A stretch of 64,000 nucleotides of DNA from Intoshia linei (lineage: Eukaryota > Animalia > Orthonectida), in NCBI GenBank assembly GCA_001642005.1, contig LWCA01000036.1, forward strand, positions 1 to 64,000, given 5' to 3'. A model generated the notes under the pieces. It was not told the origin of the DNA and searched no databases. It was given only the letters and a program-made list of their open reading frames with translations. Made by a program: the position numbers and the translations under genes. This document shows positions 12,114 through 27,576 of this stretch, one piece after another (position 1 is the first letter of the stretch; the number at the start of each line of letters is the position of its first letter).

Positions 12114-14865
12114 ATGGATGAAGCAAATTTAAACATTGCAATAGAAAAAACTAAAGATGAAATGTCTAAAATAATAAATAAACCCAAAATGACGCCAAAA
12201 TTACTTTCAAAACCGCCTTTTAGATTCATCCACGACATAGTTACAAATGTAATGCAATATAAATAAATTTTCGAATTATAATTGATTAAACGTAGATTAA
12301 TGTGATCACTGGAATCTTTAAAAACGTTTCCTTTACAGAATTTGAACTTCACTCTCAAAATATGAAAAATCGAGAAGACAAGATTAATTTTTTGAAAAAA
12401 CTTTTTTTGTTCATTGGTAATGAAACAATTTACTAATCTTACGAGTAGGGGAAAGTTTTACAGTAGCCTATCAATGAAAAAAATTTATAAAAAAATCTCT
12501 ACTACCTTTTTTAATTATAAATAAAAACATTAGATAACCCATTTTATTTTGGTAGGACCAAAAATTATTTTACATTAAAAAAGGTCGGATAACTAAATTT
12601 AATTACAATATGCATCTGATACATTCCACATGTATTTTATATGATTTTATAACTCATTTAATGATTTCAAAAATAGAAGAAACTACAAACGAAAAAGTTG
12701 TATGCCGACCTTCCAAACTTGTGGCCGGTTTGGAGCCAAATCAAACAAATATAATGCTACAACAAATTTGTAAATGCATAAACATTATACAGGTAAATAT
12801 TTAGCATCAAAAATTAATTAATATCATTTAGAATGCTGAAAGCATTCAAAGAAATGAAATAACAAAGGAACCAACTCAAAAAGATAGAATGGTTCGTCCT
12901 ACGTCGGCTAAAGGTATACGCCATAGAAAAAATGATAGAGGTAATTACATTTAAAAAATTTAACTTGGCATTAAAATGCATTGAAAACCCTGTTGATTGT
13001 ATTTATTTTATTATTAGTGTCAGATTCACATCAACCCGAAAAGGTAATAAAATCAACAATGGAATCTGTACCCGTAACAGTAAATAAACTGAATATTGAT
13101 GTTGCTAATGAAAGTCCAAAAAAAGATGCACAAGAAAAAAGAAAATCAAAAAATGAAAAACTAGAAACAAATATCATTTCAACTTCGAATGAAATGTTAT
13201 TATCAGAACAAACCAATGTTTCAAGAAATCAATCAGCCAGTAAACCCTATAAAATGGCTAAATCGCCAGCAAAAAATGAATCAACGTGGTAATTTATTAA
13301 CTTATTTTGGTTTTACATTTGTATTATAATTTTTAACTAGGAAAAAACCACAAATAATTTCAGATATCAAAGATGATGAAAATGGGATGAATGATTCAGA
13401 AGATGAAATAGATTACAATTTAAAATCAGGAGAAACGAACGTAAATAATTTTTTTTATTTTATTTTAATGAATTAATGATTGAAATTAATATTTCTAGAT
13501 CATTGGTCTCAACGCTTGCCAAGGGGCGATTTTCTAAAATAGGGGGTGATTTTTCTATATTATTTCACAAAATACATAATTTAAAAAAATTTTTCAATAT
13601 TTTAACATATCAACAAATCCAATGTCAAAAACATATAAAAAGAGTTAATATAGTATAAATTTGTCACAATCTTAACATTAATACAATTTCCCATTGATAT
13701 CAGACATTTTTATAAAATTTCTAAAATATTTTTATTTTTAAAAAAAAAATTATTTGTGGTTTTGACCATGAAGTGTCCGTTTCTGAGGCTGAGATTTACG
13801 ACAATGTTAATGATTTTAAAACGCGTCCCAGAATTTATGTTTTATTAAATTTATGGATGATTTTATTTTTAAACAAAAGGTAAAATTGGGTTTTTGACCG
13901 AAGGACTCAAATTCGGAAACTGAAAAATAGATATCAACACTCCCTGGGAAAAATTGTCTTAGAAATTAGGTTTTTTAAATCTACTTCTGTTAATTTTTTA
14001 AATATACGGTAACACATACAGATATTCAATTTTATATAAATAAAAAATTATAATTTATAATTCATTATTATGGAGGAGTGATTTAAAAAAATATGTGCGA
14101 ATTATTGGTTTAGGGATCGTAACAAAATTAGCCCATAGAAAACAAAAAATTAAAGTTGAAACAATAAAAATTGTAAATTGGCTTTATTTTATCTCGTGTC
14201 GGTATACGGTACAGAGCCCTGCAGTGTGTGCGTACCAGATACGGACGGAGAAATTATTTTTAAAAGAGAACCGGGAAATTTCGGCCGGTTCAGGTTCTCT
14301 AGGCGGAACTGTGTATGACTAAAAAAAAATTTCATATAAAAATTAAAAAAGTTTATTAGAAAATACAAAACGACCCAGAAAACCACGGCAAATTGGTACA
14401 AGAAATTTTAGAAACACGAGAAGAGTTAATAAAAGATGAAAGCGTAATTACCACAAAAATAATAAATACTTTTAAAACTAGATTCAAGCCCAATCATTAA
14501 ATTCAGTATCACAAAAAAGGTATAAGCAGCAAATTGAAAAACAAATGAAAATAGCAAAACAACAATTACAAAAAACTACCAGATTAACCACAAATTTAGC
14601 AAAATCATTCGAGTATATACAAGAAGAGGCAGACATGATGAATGCAGAATTAGACTTTTGGAAAAAAGAAACAATTAAAAATATTAAATCATCAAAAGAC
14701 CACAAACAATCTCCGGAAAATGAAACATTAAAATATATTAATGGAATTAAAGATTTGGATACCACTATTATGGATTTAGAAAATTCTATAATCAGCAAAA
14801 AGAGAAATATACTTATAAACGATGAGACTATAAAATCATTAATTTTAGGTATTTGTAATAGATGA
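12114..14865 (+). CDS. TRAF3IP1: TRAF3-interacting protein 1 / IFT54 (intraflagellar transport complex B), multi-exon
   Basis: Exon 1 (12114-12248) reads MDEANLNIAIEKTKDEMSKIINKPKMTPKLLSKPPFRFIHDIVTN. Then PSKLVAGLEPNQTNIMLQ and RPTSAKG. Last exon 14482-14865 carries the coiled coil QEEADMMNAELDFWK. GT-AG introns include 47-nt and 39-nt ones. Confidence 0.92.
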
Positions 14866-15069
14866 ATAAACATTGTTTTTAAATTTTTAAACAAAAATTA
14901 ATAAATTAAGAATTATAATCATACAATTTTAAATCATGTTTGACAGGTATATATCCATTTTTTGTTACATGTAATAAAAATAACAATTTTTTCAAGCACT
15001 AGGTATTAGCATTCCATAAATAATGTCTTTTTTAATAAATATCAGTTTTAATTAAATACCTTAAAAATA

Positions 15070-15500
15070 ATATTAACGAAATATTGACAATTATTTGACA
15101 CAACTCTTCAACAATCTAGTAATTCATTTATTCCATTAGTCTAAAAACTGGCGTCTTGAATAAAAAGAAAAGGTTCAATGTCCAATTTTAATTAAATATT
15201 TGATGTTATTATTTTTTCCCATTTTAATGGTTTCTCATGGATTTAAATATGTAGTATGGTGGAAGTAGTAATATTTCATAATTTACGTCTTTTAGATATT
15301 CAGACCTTTTGAAAAATATAAGGTCAAGCATTATCATGCTGAATAATAATTTTACCTTTACGGAACTTTTGAGGTATTTTTTGGTAAATATTAAGATATA
15401 ATTTTTCTAGACGGTCACAATTTGTCAGTATTAATGTTTCATTGTTCTTAAGAAATTCCCAATAGATTCAAAAATCCATACCCCAAAGTAAACATAAAAT
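15070..15500 (-). mobile_element. Decayed mariner (Tc1/mariner DDD) transposase C-terminal remnant
   Basis: Minus-strand translation with stops and frameshifts gives KIIIQHDNA*PY, YEILLLPPY, YIFKSMRNH*NGKK and NGINELLDC*RVVSNNCQYF, matching mariner HDNARPH / LPHPPYSP / C-terminal motifs. Confidence 0.7.
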
Positions 15501-15519
15501 ATATAAAATTTTGGAAAAT

Positions 15520-15946
15520 ATTTAAGGATTTTTCTTATAAGATTTGGTAAAATCGTGTTTTTCAGAAAAATATTGGAAAAAGGTGATTTTTCCCTTAAAT
15601 TAGGTTGGTAAAATTGGATTTTTTATTTTTAGTTTTTAATTAAGAAGTTGTTGCTCATAAGATTTAGTAAAATCGGATTTTTCCCTAAGAGTTTTAAATT
15701 TTATTAATGGTGCTAATGTGATAGTGCTTATTAATGGTGATAAAAGTGGGATTTTTGAAATAATAGTGTATCGGTCGTATGGGCTTTAGGATAAATTAAC
15801 AACATCTGGTCACAGTAATAAATATTAAAAATTCTAAAATTAAAAAAAGTTGATAATTTTTTTTTATATTTTATTTGAATCTCACGGACCCAAGGAATAT
15901 AGTTATGGAAATCCAGGGGCCCAGGGACCCCAATTGGGAACCACTG
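15520..15946 (-). mobile_element. hAT/Charlie MITE family A copy
   Basis: Ends GGGAACCACTG (TIR). Homologous to 31993-32468, 23101-23360, 29720-30419 and 45355-45800. Confidence 0.7.
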
Positions 15947-17130
15947 TATTAGTCGTTTTCTGAAATAACCATTGTTTTGGTAAATTTGTGTTGTCCCATT
16001 TTTCATTTTACATCGGTTTAAATAATTTTCTATATAAATTATTCCGTTTTGAGTCTGTTCAACGATAAATTACATATATATTGATCCTGTTTAATGCATT
16101 CAGATATATCAATAAATGAGGAACCCATATTTCTCATTGGTTGACTTTGTATGTTATGATAAAATGTGCATGTTTGAATTAGAGATTTTATTAATTCCCC
16201 TTTTATTCCATCTAATCTAACAGTCAATTAAATCTAACAGTATAAACCTACTGGAACGTTGGACATCTTCTGGGTTATAATTTTTTTGGTAAAACATCAA
16301 TAACCACATTTTAATTTTTAGTAGATTAATACCATCTTTGTCATACACATTTTACATATTTTCATAAGATTATGATACGTTACACCCCCATGGAGGCATA
16401 TAATAAAATCCAACTATTTTCGCCAAAACGTAATTATAAATATATCTTGGTTATGGTAAATTACTCTGGCATAGAAAAACATGTTTGCATAATTCGCAAA
16501 AAAATAAATAAATAATGCAACGCCAGTAAATATTCATAAAGATAGTGATTTATAATAAAATTGCAAGAAAAACAACATTACATATGGAACAAACTGATTG
16601 AATTATATAATTTAAAATCAAATCCGGCCGCCGTTTGAGAAAATAATTAAATCATATGTACTAATAATATAAAGTTGAGATTTGATTCGAAATTTGATAA
16701 GATAAGGTATAGTAGATAAAGCCTCACTTTTTCAAAATGTCCAAAAATTATTCGAAACGTTCTGTATCTTATTTAACGAAAAGATAATTTGGTCCATAAG
16801 TTATATAAAGTTGAGATTGTTACAAAATTGACTTAATTTTTTATTCTTGTAATTATGATTCAATCAAAATAAATAAAAGTAAAAGTATTCTTATTTTTTA
16901 GATAAAAATGATTGATAATAAGAAATAGATAAAATATTATCGGTACAATAAATGTATAATTATTGCGCCAAATGAATTGAAAAAAATTTTATTAGTAATG
17001 GTTGCGAGACTACATTGAGATGAAATGAAAATGATCATGATAACAAGTGGCGCAATTTGAATATTGATAACAGGTAATATTGTAAACTGTTTAAAATATT
17101 TGAATGTTATTGTAAATCTTAAATCAAGGT

Positions 17131-20100
17131 ATGCTATATTTGGAATTTGCAGAAAATTTATTAAAAAAGTACAATTTACGCAGCGGTAATTATATAACAT
17201 TTTTATTGCGATATATTTACGATGATTTAAAACAATATAAATTATTTGTAAACTCAACTTTAACTCCCATCAATTCAAACATAAAAGAGGAGGATGTAAG
17301 AGTGGCAAACAAAATTGAAGAATTTTCAGATTTATTGGATTGGTTAAATTGTAAAAATATTTCTGAAATTTTTTGGCAAGTTTTTTTACAAATGTTGCGA
17401 AACATTTTACCTGAATCTTGTATAAACGATTATGCCTATTTTGAATCTAATGTAAAATACAATTGTCAATACACAGTGTTAAATGATTTTGATCAAAATT
17501 TATTAATTTTTAACATTTTGTTTACTATGAAAAGGATAAATGTCTTGAACGTGTACCTTTCATTGACTCATTTAAATATTTTTTTTCTCGACATGTTGAA
17601 AGTTTTTGAAACCTGTTCATTGGTTTGTAAATTTGAAGCATTGAAACTGACACATCAAATGGTGATTTACAAAAAGGATAATTTATTGAACAGAAACAAG
17701 GACATGTTATCACAAATGACCATGATTTGTATTAAAAATAAATTAATCAACGATGAAATGTTGATTATTGTTACAGAAATTTATTTAAATTTAAATGACA
17801 AAAATTTTGCTTGTTTTTTAAAATTTTTGATAAATCATTTAAAAGAAATTTATAAAGATTTTTCTAAAAGCTATGTATGGGATTTGCTTTTGGTTTTATT
17901 TGATGAAAAATATATACACTTATTGAAAAATGTGGATGACTTTATGGAACAATCTTTAATTTGCATATTGGAATATATTGAAGTTTCTCACCAATTTTTA
18001 TTAATTGATTTAAAAATTTACACAATTATGACAAGTATTTTGAATAATTTTCAACCTGTAATGTTTAAAATGAAATGTTTTGAATTTTTAAATAATTTTT
18101 TTCAAGCTGAAACTTGTATTGATAATTATTATAAATTTTTAAAAAATGATTCTAAAAACATATTCAATATATTGAAAATCCTTAAACAAACATGCCAAGA
18201 TGATTCGGATCAATTGGACACTTTTAACGAAAAAATTTTAAATTTTATTAATTCTGAATTTGGTCTGAATCTGGATAAAATTTTATTTATCTTTTTAAAT
18301 TTATACAAAATTGATAAAAAATATGTTATAGAATATAAAATTTATCAAAAATTTTTAAATTTACTCATTCAACCTTGGAATTCTTGGAAACGTGATATTT
18401 CTGGAAATTCTTTACAAGAATCAAAATATATTTTGAATCAAGAAACCAATAAAAAATTTTATTTTTATTTAATTGATGTATTTTTAATTTCATCTGAATC
18501 ACCTCAATTGAAATTTAGAATAATGAAAAAGATATTTTTAGAGTCTAATGAAATTTCTCTAAAAATTATAGAAAAATTGGCATTTTTAGTACCTGATGAT
18601 GATTATCTAGTCAATTTTTTAAATGTTTTATTTTTTGAAAAAAATGTTAATTTTAATGAACCATTTTTTTCTCTTGTATCAAAATTTAATATTAAAGTCA
18701 TCAATGTGAATGAATGCAAATATTTGTTATTTTTTATTAAAAATTTTTCATTTCGTCAATTTGATAAAAATGTTGATTTGATTATTTCAATAATTGATTC
18801 TCTATTACAAATTTACTATGAAAAATTTAAAACTGAAACTTTTTGCATTATTTCTATATTGAAAGGTATAGTTGATTGTCCAAATTTGAACAATACTCAA
18901 TTGGATAAAATTAAAATTATTTTAAAAAATATTGTGGATACGAGATTATCAAGTTTTGATTCTTCAATATTTTCAAAATTTTCTAAAATTTGTTATCAAT
19001 TTTTTAAACATTATACTTTAAAAAATGAATTTCAAAATGCCATGAATGAAATTCTTAATGATAAACTTTTATCTGATATTGAAGAATCAAATATACAGCA
19101 AGTTGAAAATGTTTTAATAATTATAAAACACATTACTTTTGTTTCAAAGGATGAATTTATTACTCTGTCTTGTTTGATGATAATTTTTACCACAATTACA
19201 TCTTCTGAAACTATACTCATTTGTAGTTTAGCTTTAGATGTATTTCAGGATATTGTAAAAAGTTTAAATCAAAGTTTAAAAAATATATTTTATCTCTATC
19301 AAGAAAATATATGTGAAATTTTGGCTTATGAAATAATTAAACATGTAAATTTACTAATTGACGATAAATTTAATCAACACTTGAAAAATTATTTAATTCC
19401 TCCAGAATCAAAAAAGGATTTGTTGATTTTACTTGAATCTATAAATATCAATGAACAAGATTTATGTACAAAAAAAATTTACTTAATAATTGATAAAATT
19501 AATTGTTCAATTTCAAATGCTGCAAATACGTTTAATTTTGATTTGAATGTTTTTAAAAACAAAATTATGAAACATTATATTGCACCATTTTTTATTTCAT
19601 TTGACAAAGAAATTGATATCTTTTATATTGATTTAATTTTAAAGCAAATATTTAATTTTACATTTACAACTCAAGTCATTAGGGCTATCGGTAAAATTTT
19701 TGCGTATATACTTTGTTTTTCTAATGTAAACTGTCATTTAGAATTAATTGATAAAATTTGTAAAATTTCTAAACTTGAAATTAGTTATCTAGTGAAATGC
19801 TATTTTCAAACCATTTGTAATAATTTAATTCTGTTTCTCAGTTTAAAATATGATTCCGTTATAATTGGATTTAATACCCTGTATATTTTGTTGAAAACTG
19901 ATGAAATATCAAAATTTAATTTTCAAAGTTTGATTAAAAATGAAATTATCGGAATTTTTTTTCATATTGAAAATGCAATCATTGAATCCGACCAGTTGGA
20001 ACATTCTCATTTATTGAAAAGTAATTATAAATCATTTTACATGTTTTTGGTATTGTTGGATTCTAATCAATTGAAATCTGTTCGAATGCATGTGATTAAT

Positions 20101-23100
20101 ATTATTAAAAATGCGGTACATTCGAAATGTCTAAATTTTGATAAATTTTCTAATGTCTCAGAAATTACTCAAGATTGTGTCTTGTTATTGCTTAAAAACC
20201 TTGATGATATTACTGTTGGTCCATTGTTACCTCAATTACTTTCATTTACATTTACATATAATGACAGTGAATGCAATAAAATTATAAAATATATTCTCAC
20301 TGAATGTAAAATGAAGGAAAATATTTTCTCTAGGTATATGTATTTACTTGAAATTTCAAATACTTTTTTTCATAGTCAAATTTACAAAATTTGGAGTAAA
20401 TTTTGCTTAAAAAATGATAATGATGAAAATTATAATGAAAACCAAATTCTAAAGTGTCGTTTAATTATGATATCCGATTATTTATCGATTCCTTTTGATA
20501 ATATTATTATTTTGGTGCTTAATCAACTTTTTAAAATCATCACCAACTCTTATGTAAAGTTTTATACAATTTTAAATTCTTCTGATACTAAATTTCCAAA
20601 ATTTATTGTTCCTTTTGGATCACTTTCTCTTTATAAAAATTACATAAATAATAAAATTTTTATAAGTAAATTTATTGTACAATTGGTGGCTGGATTATGT
20701 CAAAACAATTGCGATAAAATTAAAAATTTGTATGCCAGATGTCTGGGGGCAATTGGAGCTATAGGTAAAAAGTTTCTGATTAATAATGATCAAAATTTGA
20801 TAATCTGTAAAAATGAAGAAAAAAATAAAACACATCAAAATATGATTACCGACGAAAAAAATGTTTTTGGATTAGCACAACATTCATGTACTCAACGTGC
20901 TAATCCACAAGAATTTTTAACTCAATTGGGCGTCAAAGAACCTACTTTTTATGAACTGGATCACGTGAAATTTAAATGTAATGTTATTAAAAGGCTCATT
21001 TTTTCGTTGCAAAAAACTAATAATAATGCTACTCATGATTGTATTGCGTTTTCTATTCAAGAATTTATTAAATTGATTATTAATCACGATGATTTACATA
21101 CAATGTTTACTTGTGATGATTTGGACGTTATTTTACCATTAACCAATTCCAGATACGTTTTAAATGAAATTTTTTTTTCAAGTTTTATGTCTAATTTATC
21201 TACCGGTTCAATCGCTAATTTGACCATTTTTAATAATGATAAATTTGATTCTAAAAATTTTCATAATTGGATTTCTTGCTTTTGTATTTTGATTATTGAA
21301 CAATTTCAAGATGAAGGTGTATCTGATTTTTTTAAACCTCTTTGTGGTGCTATTAAGAATGATGAAAGTTTTGCTAAATTCATTACAGCCTATGTTGTTT
21401 ATTATTCAATTATTTTTGATAATTGTATCGAGTTTATCTTAAATGAAATTATCAACATTTTAACCTTCAATATAAATACTAGTGAAAATTTGGATAATAT
21501 TAAATTTTCAAAACAAAAAATGTCTCATTTTGGTCAACTTCATAAATTGTACATTTTAAAATTGCTTTATAAATTGGAAACAATGTTTAAATGGTTTTAT
21601 GAATCATACCATTATTTACATTCTACTCAGAAACATAAAAATGCAAAATGGATTGATATTTTAAAGGAAAATAGAGTTAAACTTTCCACGTTTTTGGACC
21701 AAGTTGAATTTATATTGATGGCTCATAATTATCTAAATTTGGGAGCATATTGTCACGGGTTGTATTATTATGAATTGCATTTTAAGGGAATTAAGTATTC
21801 CAATTTCAATATATCAATTTTATTGGACCAAACAGACATTTCTCTCAGTTTTGAAGGTATCGTTCAAAAGGAACAACGTTCATTTAGTGCTAATGATTTA
21901 AATACTTTTCAAGAAATTTACAAGTGTATCGATGAAAGTGACGCTATTATGGGTGTTATTGTTTATCAAGGAATTATGGACACTTCTCAGGAAAATTCTA
22001 TTGTCACTTTGGAATCTAAACATTTAAATTCTTTTGGAACTGTCAGTTATGATCACGTCATTTCTAAACACCAACTTTTTTCGACTCTTACCCAATCTAA
22101 ATCGAAAGTTTACTCTGGTTTATTAGAAAGAAAGATTAAAAACGATGAAAAATATAAATTTTTAGAAATTAACAACAAAGTCAGTTTAATTCGAAACATG
22201 ATCAATTTAGGTCAGTATTACACCGCAAAAACAGTTATAGATAAATTAATCGATGAAAACCCTTATTATCACAAATATGTCAGTGAGTATAGACACGAAG
22301 TTGCTCATCAATTGAGTGATTGGACTTGTATTGATTCTTTTATAAATCAAGAGCAGGTATGGAACAAAAATCATAAATTAGACTGGAATGAAGGAATCTC
22401 ACAAATTATCCACAATTTATCAAATATTAATTTTAATAAAACTAATGTTTTAGAAATTGACGATATTATTATCAAAATGTTTGATAATGTCATTTCTCTT
22501 TTTATTGCTAATGCTGATATTGAATTTGGAGCATATAATCAAATTTATCCAGTTTTAATCAAATTTCATACTCTTGTAGATTTAAATCATATTTATAATT
22601 ATTTAAATTTTATCAAAGTTCCTGAAAAAATAAATTTTGATAAAACTAGTTTTGATTACTTTAATCAAAGACTTTGCTTGACTGAACCTATTTACTGTTA
22701 CCGGGAACCCATCATTTCGTGTTATAGGCACATTCTTCAGAATCAATTAAATTTGTTGTATCAGAAATTTTTTCAATCTGAACGGTTTGATATTTTTGGA
22801 ACACAAATTTTGAAAAATGTTTATGAATCTGATAATGAACCTATTAAATGTATTTTTAAAGACAAAATTAGTAACATGTTTATTGAAACTGCAAAACTTG
22901 CTAGATATGATGGAAATTTAGAACGTGCTTTTACTTTGTTGGTTCAGTTGGATGTTTTTGATGATAATATCAATGTTTCCTTAGAACGAGCATTATGGAT
23001 GAAGGATAGGGGAGATGTAACCGAAGCAGAGGTTATTTTCAATATAATGAATCAATTCAAATTTTTTTCAAGCGTTTATCAACCTTTTTTAAATCTAGTA

Positions 23101-26100
23101 CAGTAGTTCCCGATTGGTGCCCCTGGACCTCTTGGTCCGTAAGAGTCAAATAAAATATAAACAATCTTTATCAACTTTTATTTATTTTTAATAAATATTG
23201 CAAAGTTGCCACATGTTGGGAATTTATCCAAAATCCTAGATAACCGCTACATTATTATTTTAAAAATCCCACTTTTATCACACTATTAATAATATTTACA
23301 AAATAATTAATAGTTAATGAAAAATACCGTTTCAAACTCTCAAAAAAAAAATCGACTTAATCAAACTCCAAAATAAAAAATATAATTTTAAAATTTCCAT
23401 ATTTCTATTACAGCTTTTCGAGAGTTGTTTTATCGCAAATTTTATTTTTAGAAATTGAGTCCTTCAAGGTCAAAAACAACAATTATCCTGTTTTTTAAAT
23501 TCAAACGACCTAGAATTATCAAATATACTTAATCTGATAAAGATTTTAAATTCATCAACATTACGATAATTTTCAATTAAAATATTATGTCTTCACGGCC
23601 AAAACCACAAACTATCCTTTTTTTATAAAAAAAATTTATAAAGTCCTAGAATGTTATACAACATACATTCTGGGATAGTTTTTAAAGTCATAAGCATTAT
23701 TATGAATGGCAACCTCAAAAAAGTGCATTTTCACGATTAAAATCCTTTATTACCCTTTTTTTAAAAAAAATTACAGTTCATAGTTATTTCCACTTAACAC
23801 ACATAAATTTTTGATCTCACTAAAAAATTACATTAAATTGACATTAAAATACTATTTCAAAAAATAATGTAAATATGTTTAAATAAATTGCCAACCCTAG
23901 TACCAGAGTAGTACACACTGCTCAATTTCTTCTTAAAGGCTAAAAATTAATTTTTACACAAAACCCTTCGATAATTCAAAATAATTGGAACAAATGATGC
24001 GGTATTTTTTTTAAAAATTTGAGTTAAGTTTTAAAAATATTTTTTATATTTAATGGAATTAAATATCAAAATGAATCAGTCTACAGATTGAGTTAAGTTA
24101 AATAATAAAATATAATATTTTTAGTCACTGTTGACATGTGCTGCTTCAAAATATTATGGAATTTACATAAATACAAACATGTCCTCGTTAAATGAAAATC
24201 CTACCCAATTACATCATAAATGTGTTTACTCTAAAATTTTGATGGAAATTGGAATTTTGAAAGAAGAGAGTAGTAGTTGTGCCAGTAATGATATAGTTTC
24301 ACAATACGAAGATGCCTTGAAATTAGACCCAAACTCGGAAACATGTCATTTCCGCTTAGCCAGATATATGGACAAACTTTTATCATCCCCATCACTAAAA
24401 AATATTCCAAAAATGCAAATAGTTGACATGAAATGCACATATTTGCCGAGAATAATTGAATGTTATGGAAGTTCTTTAGTTTATGGTTGCAATTACATAT
24501 ATCAATCCTTACCTCGATTATTATCTTTATGGCTTGATTTTGGAAACGAAATGCAAAGTTACAAGAGTGATATAAATTCCTATTCCCACATGTCTTCATG
24601 TATAAAAAAATTAAACTCAATAATTGAATCTCTTATAAAGAGACTACCAACCTTCTTATTTTACTGTTCATTTCCTCAGCTAGTTTCACGGATTTGTCAT
24701 AAAAATGAAAGCGTTGTTCGTTGTTTAAAAACTTTAATTTCAAGTATTATTATTGTATATCCTCAACAATCGTTGTGGCAAATGATTGCAGTAATTAAAT
24801 CAACATATCCAACGCGATCCCAAAGATGTCAAGATATTATTAATGAATCGCGTAAAAATTGCTCTTCAGATAAACTTTTTTATTTTATACAAGATATTTT
24901 AAAACTGGCAGAACAACTAATTCTACTATGTAATTTTAAGACTACAGGAATTAAATCCAGTAAGCCTACGTTTAGTCTAGATAAAAATATTAAATTATTA
25001 CGACGCTTGTTTGATTCTCCTAAATTGTCTAGAATTATTATACCTATTCAATACTTTTTAAATGTTCGTATACCTAGAACAGAAATTGGTGGATGTTTTA
25101 ATAATTCAAATTCTGTTTATGGAAATTTTGAACCCTTTCCATCTGATGAAATTTATATTCAAAATATTCAGGATACGGTTAAAGTGTATACTCAATCTTT
25201 GCAAAGACCGAAAATTGTAACTTTTATTTGTTCTGATGGTATCGATCGTGTCATGCTTTGTAAACCCAAGGACGATTTGCGTAAGGATGCTCGTTTGATG
25301 GAATTTAATTGTATTATCAATACGTTGCTTAGAATGGACAGCGACGCTCGAACTAAGTCACTTTTTATTAGAACCTATAGTGTTATTCCGCTTAATGAGG
25401 TAATGTGCATTTGTTATTTAAATTATGCCAATAAAAATATTATGATAATTATTTTAATGTAAAAAAATATTTCAACATCAATAATATTTACAATTTAATT
25501 TTTAGAATTGTGGTATGATCGAATGGGTAGTAAATACAAAAGCTTTTCGTTTAATTCTTAAAGGTCTTTATGAAAGAGAAGGGATAAAAATGCCTAAAAG
25601 GAGTTATCTTTTAAAATATGAACATGTTGCCAATTCTCCACTTCCAATCAAATTACAATTATACAAGAAAGATTTTGTTTCAAAATTTCCTCTCATCTTT
25701 GATCGCTGGTTTATTGAATCATTTGACAATCCAACGGATTGGTATCGAGCTAGAAATAATTATAGTAGAACTGTGGCAGTTATGAGTATTGTTGGATACA
25801 TTTTGGGTAATTTTTTATTTTTAGTTGACCATATTAATTTTATATTCTACATTACGGGTTTCCCACTGGCAACTGACTTAGCCGTCCCGTTGGAGGGCTC
25901 TAGCACGTACTATCACTGTGTATGCACGAGAATATTTATTTATTATATATTTTGGGTGTCTACTTTTACTATTTTTACTAAAAATTAAAATTTACCAACC
26001 TTAAAATGAAAAAATCAGTTTTACCAAACTTTAAGGGAAAAAATCCAATTTACCGAATTGTAGAGTATCCCGTAAAGACTCAGTATAAAATACAAACCAA

Positions 26101-27576
26101 AGTGATATTCTTGAACAAAAGGATTATCCATGAACATTTTTTGGAATTGGAAAATTATTTTATGCAAACATGATATTCCATTTTGTTTGCAATATTATAA
26201 TTTGTAAGACAATATTTTTTCATTAGATAAAATGCTATTACCTTTACCCTTATTGAATTGAAAAAGTGTATTTTTTATGTATTGATTATATATAAGTATT
26301 GTGAGTGTATATAAATATATAATAAGTTATTATTATTAATAACGCAAGATTTATAAAATTTTTTACACTATTTCATAAAAGATCAAAACTCTGCCTTTTT
26401 TAAATAATAAAAAATAGTAATTTTTCAAGTTTGTAACGAAGATCCAAAGAACAATTTCATTATTACTTTTCTACAGTTTTATAAATGTTATATAATATAG
26501 TTATGGATTTTTCTTTAAGGGTTGGTAAAACTGGAATTTTTCCTAAAGAGCTTGTAAAAGTAGATTCTTCCCTAAGGGTTGGTAAATTTTGAGTTTTAGT
26601 AAAAATGGTTGGGTTTAAGAATAATCTTATTTATTTTTATAAATGGGCGTCTACTTCAATCCAACCATTTTTATATAAATTAAACCGTTTTTACTAAAAA
26701 TCAAAATTTACCAACCCTAAAATGAAAAATCCAATTTTACCGAATTGCAGAGTATCCCATAAAAACTCAGTATCACAAACAAAACAAAGTAAAGTTCTTA
26801 AATAGAAGGCTTATTGATAAAAAGATGTTATAATCGCTTTAATATTTACTGAAACTGATAAAACTTTTTAAAACAAATGTAAAAAAAATGTATTTATATT
26901 ATTATTAATATTTATCTGTCCTTGAAATATTTGATATTTACTATATTAGATGTGTTTAGTGATCTTCCTCACTTTCTAAGTATTTTGATATTATCTTTAG
27001 TAAAAATGGTTGGATTTAAGAATATTCTCTTTATAAATTAACTACTAACTGTATTTAGGTCTCGGCGACCGACATGGAGAAAATATACTTTTTGATTCAA
27101 CAACAGGCGATTGCGTTCATGTCGATTTTTCATGTTTATTTAATGCTGGTGAAGACTTGATGGTCCCAGAAAAAGTTCCATTTCGTTTAACTAGAAATAT
27201 GATATATGCGATGGGACCATTGGGATACGAAGGTGTATTTCGTAAAGCTTGCGAAGTGACATTGAATGTAATAAAAGACCAGAAAGACCCCCTTTTAAGT
27301 GTCCTAAAATCATTCTTGTGGGACCCACTTGTTGAATGGAACACTGGTATTAAACAAAAGAAATTTGAATCTGGAGAAGTATTAAACGAAAAAGCATTAC
27401 TCCACGTTTGTAACATTGAATTACGGATGCACGGAAAGTTAAAACATAACTCTAAAGTAAAATTTCAAACAAGTCTTGCATTGGCTACCAAAGGACACGT
27501 TGAATATCTCATAAAAGAAGCTACAAATGAACACAACCTTTGTTTAATGTACATAGGCTGGGGAGCTTACTTGTAA
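17131..27576 (+). CDS. ATR: Serine/threonine-protein kinase ATR (PIKK family); 4 exons: 17131-23031, 24125-25399, 25506-25806, 27059-27576, ~2664 aa
   Basis: HEAT/FAT region, YIYQSLPRLLSLWLDFG, SLQRPK, LCKPKDDLRKDARLMEFN, PLNE|NCGMIEWV, catalytic GLGDRHGENILFD, VPEKVPFRLT and FATC NLCLMYIGWGAYL. Splice phases are consistent. Confidence 0.96.

Noticed and set aside
12008-12358. Minus-strand ORFs at 12008, 13031, 14484, 16937, 24231 and 27117
   Set aside because: They are antisense shadows of real plus-strand exons (TRAF3IP1, ATR).
16039-16500. Possible gene between TRAF3IP1 and ATR
   Set aside because: The frames are interrupted by stops, no family was recognised, and it adjoins mariner and MITE debris.
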